From Spirochaetaceae bacterium (GTDB taxonomy: Bacteria > Spirochaetota > Spirochaetia > DSM-2461), in contig JAEINM010000001.1 of NCBI GenBank assembly GCA_016342385.1, forward strand, positions 1 through 47,899: 47,899 nt of DNA, written 5' to 3'. Below, in pieces: positions 40,400-47,899 of this stretch. The translations under genes were made by a program, and so were the position numbers. The notes under the pieces were generated by a model that did not search any database, was not told the origin of the DNA, and saw only the letters and a list, made by a program, of their open reading frames with translations. Each line of letters starts with the position of its first letter. The first letter of the stretch is position 1.

Positions 40400-41600
40400 G
40401 TTTCAATCTGCTTACCAGTATTGTGATCAAAGCTGATGTGGCGACATCAATCATTACGGCAAATCCAATTAGAATAGGAAAGATCGGTTTAATGAGCAGA
40501 TAGGAATCCATATGCCCTGTGTGAGAACGGCTGTATATAGAAGATAGTATATATAATGCCGTATATGCACCCAATGAGGGAATTGATGCCAGGGTAAAAG
40601 AGACCAGAATAGAGAAAAGTGTAACCCAGATAATCTGATATAGGGTTATTTCCAGGCTGGAGTAGGATTTTAGTATGGTTAGAAATGCTATTGATGTAAC
40701 CATGGCTGTCCCAGCTTTTCCAAACATTGCACTTAAAGGGAGAGTTAAGGCCGCGGTTTTTCTGGAAATTTTCAGGTTTTCTTTTCCCGCTCGGCTCATC
40801 ATAGATAATGAAAAGAAGGAATCTCCGCTTATCAGTCCTGTTAACAAGGGAGTCAGCACAGCATAGAGCGTTTTAAAGGGATTGTTATTTTTATCTGTCA
40901 AAAAAAGGATAAATGGATAGATGATTAATAACACTAACAGAGATGTCGCAATCAGAATAATGATCAGATCTCTGAACATTGATAAATCAGGGATCTCTTT
41001 TATTGATTTTACCATCCTGAATGAAAGGCCCAGAAGGAGAATGGGTGTTATCCGTGTAATTGCTATATTCAGGTCATAAAGAATTCTAGAAAGGGAATCA
41101 AAGAGATTAAATGTCGGTTCAGAGATCTCTCTATCTTTATAGATTATAAATCCCAGAGAGAATGACAAGACATATAGAGGAAGTAATACATTGCCGCTGC
41201 CTGTCAATACGGTAAACATATTTTGAGGAAAAATCTTCATTAGTGTATTTGATTGATCTGTAAGGTTAAAAACAGTCTGAGTTTCCACTATGAGAGGGAT
41301 TCTGGCTGGTGAAATTGTCAGAGTGACAATAATTCCGATTATTACCAGAAGAACAGTTGTTCCCACAATATAGATAAAAGAAAATAGCGTGGTCCGGGCC
41401 AGATGATTTTGTCTGCGCAGTTTACAGACAGCTATGGAAAGGGAGAAAAAAACCAGTGGAAAAACAATGTATCTTCCAATATTTATTGCCAGGTCTGAAT
41501 ATTTAATAAGTATACCCTGTCCGGTTTCTCCAAAGGGTATAAACAATGCTGCAAGAGTTCCCGCAAGAATTGCCAGAACAGAGCTTATCCATAATTTCAT
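40389..41600 (-). CDS. dicarboxylate/amino acid:cation symporter (DAACS)-like transporter
   Basis: IVFPLVFFSL, IFPQNMF and TLPL-S-MFGKAGTA at the position of the family NMDGT motif. Confidence 0.75.
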   Translation of the reverse strand: MKLWISSVLAILAGTLAALFIPFGETGQGILIKYSDLAINIGRYIVFPLVFFSLSIAVCKLRRQNHLARTTLFSFIYIVGTTVLLVIIGIIVTLTISPARIPLIVETQTVFNLTDQSNTLMKIFPQNMFTVLTGSGNVLLPLYVLSFSLGFIIYKDREISEPTFNLFDSLSRILYDLNIAITRITPILLLGLSFRMVKSIKEIPDLSMFRDLIIILIATSLLVLLIIYPFILFLTDKNNNPFKTLYAVLTPLLTGLISGDSFFSLSMMSRAGKENLKISRKTAALTLPLSAMFGKAGTAMVTSIAFLTILKSYSSLEITLYQIIWVTLFSILVSFTLASIPSLGAYTALYILSSIYSRSHTGHMDSYLLIKPIFPILIGFAVMIDVATSALITILVSRLKPKK

Positions 41601-41657
41601 GTATTATCTCCTATTTCTGTCTTGTCTCAGATGTATTCTTTCTGAAACAAGCTCCGC

Positions 41658-42329
41658 TTATATGATGTCCTGTTTTCTGGGAAGTATGGGTAGAGACGAA
41701 AAGAGATTTTTCTTTTCTCCATGCTTAAGCCATTGGCGATCCGCTTTCGGAGGTCTTTCGTCAAGGATATTGCAAATAAAATCCGCATAACTATCCATCT
41801 CAGAAACCGAAGTGGTAAAAGAACATTTATATATATCATTATTTCCTAAAATAGTCGCATCGGCAAAAGAGGTGAAAAACCCCAGAAACCCCTTCTCTAT
41901 GGGATTCTCCTGGTTTTGATTCTTTTGGACGATGACATATGAAATCGCACTGTTTAATTGAGTGACGAGAATTTTCATTAACTCTCTAGTCAGGTAAACA
42001 GTTCCATTAATAGAGGATTCTATGGCTTCATCAATTTCAGAAGTTGAAAAATCCATCAACTGATCATTGGTTTTATTTTCAGAATACACTAAAATAGCTT
42101 CATCAATTTTCTGGAAAACTCTTATTCCTTCACGGATAACAGTTCTGGTCGAAATTATTGAGGATTTATTCCATGGTACAACCAGCAGATTGTTTTTTTG
42201 AGGTTCAGAACTATTCAGATCTTTTGATTGAACAGGAGCTATGACCTTGTTGCCGGCAGAGAGATTTTTTTCAATTAATTTTCTTCCGAGAAGAGTTTCA
42301 CTATCGGTGATAAGAATAACTTTTTCCAT
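41658..42329 (-). CDS. degenerate SDR/Rossmann-fold protein
   Basis: KVILITDSETLLG, FQKIDEAIL and INGTVYLTREL follow the SDR layout, but the catalytic motifs are missing. Confidence 0.6.
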   Translation of the reverse strand: MEKVILITDSETLLGRKLIEKNLSAGNKVIAPVQSKDLNSSEPQKNNLLVVPWNKSSIISTRTVIREGIRVFQKIDEAILVYSENKTNDQLMDFSTSEIDEAIESSINGTVYLTRELMKILVTQLNSAISYVIVQKNQNQENPIEKGFLGFFTSFADATILGNNDIYKCSFTTSVSEMDSYADFICNILDERPPKADRQWLKHGEKKNLFSSLPILPRKQDII

Positions 42330-42338
42330 ATTTAGAAC

Positions 42339-42367
42339 ATAGTATCCTCAAAATATTTTGAGGTCAA
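42339..42367 (-). promoter_or_regulatory. sigma70 promoter TTGACC-N17-TACTAT overlapping an 18-bp palindrome
   Basis: CCTCAAAATATTTTGAGG at 42346-42363, between the divergent SDR-like gene and nadE. Confidence 0.6.
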
Positions 42368-42380
42368 CAAGGAGTCGTCT

Positions 42381-44024
42381 TTGAAAATAGCAGCAGGACA
42401 GATAAATTCCATAATTGCCGATTTTAAAGGCAATAGAGAGAAAATTTTAGCCTATTCAGAAAAGGGAAAATCCGTGAAAGCGGATCTCATTGTTTTTCCT
42501 GAACTGGCTCTATGCGGTTATCCTCCAATGGATCTTCTCGACTACAATACCTTTGTTGAAGAAAACACTCTTTCCCTTCGGTGGCTGCAACGCCATTTAC
42601 CCGCAGATATTGCAATCGCAATAGGTCATGTTTCTCTCAATATGGCAGGCTCGGGGAAAAAGCTCCATAACAGTGTTTCCGTTTTGTTAAACGGAGAGAT
42701 TATTTTTACACAGAATAAAACACTATTACCTACTTATGATGTATTTGACGAGAGCCGGTATTTTGAATCCAGCACAGAGAGAGGAATCTTTGAGTTGAAA
42801 GGAGAAAAAATCGGAATTGCTATCTGTGAGGATCTCTGGTGGGAAGCGGCGAGGGAAACCGATACTATCTATAAAGTTGACCCGGTAAAAGACCTACTGG
42901 ATCTCGGTGCTGAAATTGTCCTGGTCCCCTCAGCTTCACCCTATCACAAAAGTAAGGTAGTAAAGCGTCTTTCTCTCTGTCAGAAAACAATTAGAAAAGG
43001 GGCATCAGCTGTATTGTATATCAATAGTGTCGGTGCCAATGACAGTCTGATTTTTGATGGCAATTCTCTTGTTGTCAACAAAGAGGGTAAACTAATATAT
43101 AAATCAGAAGCTTTTGAAGAAGCCTTTTTTACAATTGACCTGAAGGAAAAAAAATTAGAAGAAGTCAATCTGACAGTTAATAAATATGAAGAAATAGAAA
43201 AAGCTCTCATTCTGGGAATCAGGGACTATGTTCACAAATGTGGTTTTAAAAAAATCCATCTGGGATCTTCCGGCGGGATTGATTCAGCTCTTGTTGCATA
43301 CCTTGCGGTTCAGGCCCTTGGTGCGGAGAATGTGAAGACTTTCTCCATGCCTTCCCGGTATTCTTCTGAAGGAAGCCTTTCAGATTCAAAAAAGCTGGCG
43401 GAAAATCTTGGAGTGGAATATGAAATTCTTGCCATTGAAGAGATGTACAACTCTTTTCTCGTCGCACTTGAACCACATTTCGGCGGACGAGAAATGGATG
43501 TGGCTGAAGAGAACATTCAGGCTAGAATCCGGGGAACTCTGATGATGGCTTATTCCAACAAGTGGGGTTCTCTCGTTTTAACTACAGGAAATAAATCCGA
43601 ACTGGCAACGGGGTACTGTACTCTCTATGGTGATATGGCTGGAGGGCTCGCTGTTATTGGTGACCTTTTAAAAACAGAAGTCTTTGAGCTATGCCGGTTT
43701 ATTAATCGCAATAAAGAGATTATTCCAGAGAATATTATTACCAAACCGCCCTCTGCAGAGTTGAGACCTGATCAGAAGGATGAGGATTCTCTGCCTCCCT
43801 ATCATATCCTGGACGGGATTCTGGTTGAGTATCTGATGAATCACAGAACAGCAGACGAGATTGAAGCGCTTGGTTATGAGCCTGAAACAGTAGAAAAAAT
43901 TGTAGGACTTGTCGGTAGGGTGGAGTATAAGAGAGGCCAGGCACCTCCGGTTTTGAGAATTTCAGAAAAGGCTTTCGGGACGGGAAGGAGAATGCCTGTA
44001 GCCAGAGAGATATATGAAGTCTGA
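42381..44024 (+). CDS. nadE: glutamine-dependent NAD+ synthetase
   Basis: Nitrilase triad (FPEL, K-TLLP, ICEDLW); SGGIDS, ENIQARIRG, PSAELRPDQ. TTG start after AAGGAG. Confidence 0.97.
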   Translation: MKIAAGQINSIIADFKGNREKILAYSEKGKSVKADLIVFPELALCGYPPMDLLDYNTFVEENTLSLRWLQRHLPADIAIAIGHVSLNMAGSGKKLHNSVSVLLNGEIIFTQNKTLLPTYDVFDESRYFESSTERGIFELKGEKIGIAICEDLWWEAARETDTIYKVDPVKDLLDLGAEIVLVPSASPYHKSKVVKRLSLCQKTIRKGASAVLYINSVGANDSLIFDGNSLVVNKEGKLIYKSEAFEEAFFTIDLKEKKLEEVNLTVNKYEEIEKALILGIRDYVHKCGFKKIHLGSSGGIDSALVAYLAVQALGAENVKTFSMPSRYSSEGSLSDSKKLAENLGVEYEILAIEEMYNSFLVALEPHFGGREMDVAEENIQARIRGTLMMAYSNKWGSLVLTTGNKSELATGYCTLYGDMAGGLAVIGDLLKTEVFELCRFINRNKEIIPENIITKPPSAELRPDQKDEDSLPPYHILDGILVEYLMNHRTADEIEALGYEPETVEKIVGLVGRVEYKRGQAPPVLRISEKAFGTGRRMPVAREIYEV

Positions 44025-44059
44025 CAGTAATAGACATTAACAAATTGCTTATATATGGT

Positions 44060-44162
44060 AAAAGATAAAGTAGGGGGTTTTGACAGCCCCGATGAACGAA
44101 CAGCTACTGATATGGTAGGTTCCATCAATTTAGTAATTATTCGACAGGAGTAAATCTTTTTT
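44060..44162 (+). ncRNA. candidate small structured RNA
   Basis: Upstream TAGACA-N17-TATGGT; three hairpins, complementary ends and a T-tract. Confidence 0.35.
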
Positions 44163-44176
44163 CAATCAGGATAATT

Positions 44177-45130
44177 TTAAGGATTTAGCCGCTGAGAATA
44201 GAGCCACTTCCACATCGTTTTGTTGTCATATGTTCTGGTCCAGGAGTCGTGGCTATTGGATGAGTATACTGTGTAGTTGATGGTTCCTTGTGGCATCGCC
44301 GAACCCTTTGACCAGCCTAAAACAGTCCCATTATTCCAGCTTAAGGTAAAACTGCCCTTAGCAGATTTTGTTGAATTCCCATCAGTGTGGGGATACGCCG
44401 TTTCTGTTAGAAACCGATTTGCCGGATTAAAGGGTTCCACGATGTTTGTCCCCATTAGGAAGTTCATAATTCTATCTTGAGTTTCAGTTCTTGAGACCGC
44501 AGGATCATTAAAGGAATGAAAAGCCCATATTGGCTTAATAGACAATTCAGAAGAGAGGGGTGTGTCGGATTCATAGCCACCACAGATAGGCACCAGAGCG
44601 GCAATATTGTTAGTGTATTTGGAGCCATAATCCCAAACACCATATCCTCCCATACTCAATCCGGTTAGATAGATTCTGTCCCTGTCAACTTGATATTCTT
44701 CCATAATGGATCGAATCAGACTATTCAGTTTGTTAACGTCCCAGTACTCGTTCAGTGGTACCTGCGGGACAAGAACAAAGGATTGTTTAACATGATCATT
44801 CAATTCCTCAAGAGTTTGGGGGTCAATATCTTTCGAGTCCATGTCTCCATAAAAAAAAGGCTTCAGAGGCCCGTGCATCAGAGCTATTGGATCAAGTTCA
44901 TCTCTTCTCTCTCCTGAACCATGGAGAAAAATCAGCAAGGGGTATGAGTTTTCCTCCTGAATCATCGCGCGCTCAGGAATGTATAGGTAATAGGGATAGG
45001 TTGATTGAGCCTTATATGATGCCAGTAGTTGTGGTTTTAAAGATTTTGAGAGTCTATATCCGCCGCTCTGGCATCCTATAGTGCTAAGTATTAAGATTGC
45101 CAGCAGGAGAAGAATTGTCAATTTTTCCAT
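44177..45130 (-). CDS. lipoprotein alpha/beta-hydrolase (esterase/peptidase)
   Basis: Lipobox ILSTIG-C; FLHGSGE, GLSMGG nucleophile elbow, HSFND, SHDSW. Confidence 0.85.
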   Translation of the reverse strand: MEKLTILLLLAILILSTIGCQSGGYRLSKSLKPQLLASYKAQSTYPYYLYIPERAMIQEENSYPLLIFLHGSGERRDELDPIALMHGPLKPFFYGDMDSKDIDPQTLEELNDHVKQSFVLVPQVPLNEYWDVNKLNSLIRSIMEEYQVDRDRIYLTGLSMGGYGVWDYGSKYTNNIAALVPICGGYESDTPLSSELSIKPIWAFHSFNDPAVSRTETQDRIMNFLMGTNIVEPFNPANRFLTETAYPHTDGNSTKSAKGSFTLSWNNGTVLGWSKGSAMPQGTINYTVYSSNSHDSWTRTYDNKTMWKWLYSQRLNP

Positions 45131-45253
45131 ATTCCCTCATTATATTCCAGGCTGAAATTGATTTTTTTACATTCGTATTTTTCCTCTCCCTTGAGCGAAA
45201 AGGATAGTTCAGAATTTAATATGATAGATTTTAATTTATACCATGGTTCCGAT

Positions 45254-45600
45254 TTAATTCCAAGGAAGTTCTGCAGAGGGAACATGCTGCTTTCTTCCGA
45301 CCGAAAAGGGATCATAATTCATTTTTCCAAAAAAGTACCATGTGTAGGATGATAAATAGGGGAATCATCTGTGGGTTCATGCACTCTTCCATCGCTATAA
45401 TGGTTGCCCGTATCATCAGTGACATAGGGGAGACCAAAATCCCCGGAAAATTTGATTCTCAATAAATCCTTGTTTTATTTCGGAAAGGAAAAATTCTGAT
45501 TCTGCGTTTAATGCTGCAGCGTAATAGGCTACTATCATTTCTCCCGCACCTTCAAATATTTTATACACCGGGTTTGGTCTTGTATTCAATATTTATCTTA
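45254..45600 (-). pseudogene. possible frameshifted gene remnant
   Basis: Overlapping protein-like fragments in different frames: IFEGAGEMIVAYYAAAL..., SGDFGLPYVTDDTGNHY..., NYDPFSVGRKQHVPSAELPWN*. Confidence 0.3.
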
Positions 45601-45739
45601 TCCTGGATTAGTTTAAAACAAGATTTAATGATTCTCTTTCTGCATAGGATAAAAGCGATGAAGAGAAAAAAGTTTATTAGCTTTGTTGATGATCATTAGG
45701 GTATAATACAGGTGAGCATAAATATTCAGAGGTGTTTTC

Positions 45740-46198
45740 TTGGATTTTTCAACAGCTTTTAAAATAGCCGGTCTGGCAGATCAGATTGGGAAGAGATTCT
45801 ATTCAGCACAAAAGACCTCATCTGTGCATAAGAAAATGATAATGCGGGAAATCCATGAAAATCTGGACCTCATCACACTATGGGAGAATAATGATTTTCC
45901 CATTGATAAAGTAATTGAAAAATTATCCTTTAGAAATTATGAAAAGTCCCAACTGGATAACTTTAATTTCAATAGTATAAAAAAGTCTCATCTAAAAGAG
46001 CAGACGACCAGAAATGTACCTCAATTCCGAAAATATATAGGCTGGTCTACAGAAAAGCTTTTTGAGAATCTTTATAGAAAGATTAAATTACTAAAAGTTA
46101 TTATAGAAATGGATAGTGATAATAAAAAGGTGAATAAAAGTATGCGCCTTCGCAATATTTACAAACTGATGATTCTCATACTATTTCATATAGAATAG
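45740..46198 (+). CDS. hypothetical protein
   Basis: 152-aa ORF; TTG start after GAGGTG; TATAAT upstream. Confidence 0.65.
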   Translation: MDFSTAFKIAGLADQIGKRFYSAQKTSSVHKKMIMREIHENLDLITLWENNDFPIDKVIEKLSFRNYEKSQLDNFNFNSIKKSHLKEQTTRNVPQFRKYIGWSTEKLFENLYRKIKLLKVIIEMDSDNKKVNKSMRLRNIYKLMILILFHIE

Positions 46199-46331
46199 TT
46201 TATTCAGGAAAATAGTGCTGCTTATTTCAAGGGTAAAGAGAGATCTAAATAGAAAAGTTGTCCTTTCTATACTCAACTAGAGAACACCCGGAAGGAGAGC
46301 ATAATTTATTTTATTAGAAACAGAAATTATT

Positions 46332-47897
46332 TTACCTGATTTGCTCTAAGAATTTATCAAAATCATACTCTGAGAGAACAGAATAATCTCTCCATTTCTC
46401 TATTGTGTCCAGTAGGGTTTTATATGATTTTTTCTCTCCTTCTATTAGGCCTATATAGAGAATCCACCAGAGAAAACTTTCAAATTTTTCTTTAGAAAAC
46501 CACTTTATCCCATCATAAAGATTCATTCCTATCAGATTGTTAAATCCTTTCAGTTTCTGAAATTCAATAAAGGTTTTGTTATTAATCGTACTGGCCACTA
46601 GAGGTTTCTCCAGATTGTAACTCTCTATGAAGAATTTTAGTTCTGAGATTATAGAGTCAATACTATCTTCACTTAAGGTCATATCAGATAGAATATCTCT
46701 GATATATTTTTCCAGCATCCATTTTTCAAAAAGATCACGGTTCATTTTTCTGCTATCGGCTGAACTGACAATTGATCCTAAACAGTCGAAAATAGCCAGG
46801 ATGTAGAGTGTTATTTTTCTGTCCCTGTTGTATCCGGCTCTATATAGTTTAGACAGTTTAACCTGCTTTTCCAGAAGAACTGGAAGCGTCTGGGGCCGAG
46901 TGATATTCAACTGAATTTGTTTTGAAATATTTTTTACAACTCCCGTACCACCGGAATATTCTTTTATATCCTGAACCGTGGAAATAATACTCTTTTCAAG
47001 TTTATCAGCTAGTTCTGTCAGGTTCAGGTCTGAAGAAGTAATCTTTTCAATAATATCTCTGTTTATCAGAGAGTTTAATTTGCTGTAGAGTGGTTTGAAA
47101 ATCATTTCCCTATATTCTCTGTCCAGGTCTCTGGTTCCAGATCCGTTTAATTTGGCGGCAATAGCGGCAATCTGGTTATATTCACTGTTTTTCAGTTGAT
47201 GAATTTCGGTAAAAACCTGGCTTTCATAGCCGTTTAAATGGATAAATAATCCATTTTCAAACAACACTCTATTATTGCGGATATACCAGGTATTGCTTTT
47301 TATCTCCTTGAAAAGGCAGTAGTGGTCTTCTTCATTTGACAGACCCAGAGACTCTCCCAAAGAATTGGTAATAAAATTCTGGTCTTCAATATAAGGAACA
47401 GAGTTGTTCAGGTTTCCCGAAGCACTTTCAAAAGAGTTATTATAGAGGGTCAGAACATATTCATTGCCGCATTGGTTGGAATAGGCATAAACATTTTCAT
47501 TTACAGAACCATTGTGATCTATCAGGTCATATAGCCTGAAACGTTTGGCCGAGACATAGAGATACCGTTTTCTAAGAATGGGAAATATTTCTCTTTCGTG
47601 TCTTTCCACAAGAGCAGGATCGGGATATTCATCCCAGAGGGGTTTTTTAAATTCCATTCCGTACTTTTCTTTGTATCCTTCGATTTGTCCGTGACCAATC
47701 ATGGGGAGTCCCGGCATGGTCAGCATCAGGGTCATGACTCCGAAGTATTTATCTCCCGTACCGAACTGAACGGCAGCTGTTTCCTCATCGGGATTGTTCA
47801 TAAAATTTACAAAGCGTTTGAGGATTTTTCTGTCATAATTGAGAGTGTTTTTTATGGTTTCTCTGTATTTATTATTTTCTTCTTTCTTAAGCATGTT
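46332..47897 (-). CDS. alpha-amylase family (GH13) protein, C-terminal part, 5'-truncated by the window edge
   Basis: RFVNFMNNPDE (region IV-like) and TMPGLPMIGHGQ; the frame is open to the window end. Confidence 0.8.
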   Translation of the reverse strand, partial: NMLKKEENNKYRETIKNTLNYDRKILKRFVNFMNNPDEETAAVQFGTGDKYFGVMTLMLTMPGLPMIGHGQIEGYKEKYGMEFKKPLWDEYPDPALVERHEREIFPILRKRYLYVSAKRFRLYDLIDHNGSVNENVYAYSNQCGNEYVLTLYNNSFESASGNLNNSVPYIEDQNFITNSLGESLGLSNEEDHYCLFKEIKSNTWYIRNNRVLFENGLFIHLNGYESQVFTEIHQLKNSEYNQIAAIAAKLNGSGTRDLDREYREMIFKPLYSKLNSLINRDIIEKITSSDLNLTELADKLEKSIISTVQDIKEYSGGTGVVKNISKQIQLNITRPQTLPVLLEKQVKLSKLYRAGYNRDRKITLYILAIFDCLGSIVSSADSRKMNRDLFEKWMLEKYIRDILSDMTLSEDSIDSIISELKFFIESYNLEKPLVASTINNKTFIEFQKLKGFNNLIGMNLYDGIKWFSKEKFESFLWWILYIGLIEGEKKSYKTLLDTIEKWRDYSVLSEYDFDKFLEQIR

Positions 47898-47899
47898 CA

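Noticed and set aside
44085-44130. Hammerhead- or tRNA-like reading of the post-nadE element
   Set aside because: No CUGAUGA/GAAA core and no proper T-loop or acceptor stem.
46285-46302. CCCGGAAGGAGAGCA resembling the SRP RNA domain IV loop
   Set aside because: The flanking CAGG/GCAGC internal loop and the long SRP stem are absent.

Overview
AT-rich bacterial chromosome segment containing the replication origin, almost certainly from a spirochaete (Spirochaetia). The evidence is the gyrA-gyrB <- -> dnaA-dnaN-recF-dciA-rpmH-rnpA-yidD-yidC-jag order, a 51-aa L34 ending in EKKPY, PLWGK GyrB, HGDQS GyrA and a Cys->Asp MurA. To the left lie parAB, nifU, an adenosine deaminase and a 1.2-kb non-coding spacer with three parS sites. 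oriC is in the dnaA-dnaN spacer, which carries a Bacillus-like basal unwinding element (DnaA box, GGCCC, six DnaA-trios). Four further DnaA-box clusters sit between 5.2 and 23.3 kb. The right half is housekeeping and envelope genes: thrC, aspartokinase, murA, regulators, rsmE, ctpA, lgt, a K+ channel, proS, nadE and a partial GH13. I found no CRISPR array, tRNA/rRNA or mobile element. Best leads: (1) an MthK-like K+ channel with a hidden internal AGGAGG-GTG start and a coupled stand-alone cNMP-binding protein; (2) a switch-like structured leader before a MinD/FlhG-like ATPase; (3) a candidate ~100-nt sRNA after nadE; (4) satellite clusters of tandem DnaA boxes; (5) several apparently leaderless genes, including parA; (6) a possible Gac-like internal start in gyrA; (7) several degenerate regulators and pseudoenzymes. 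All calls come from reading motifs by eye; no database searches were run.
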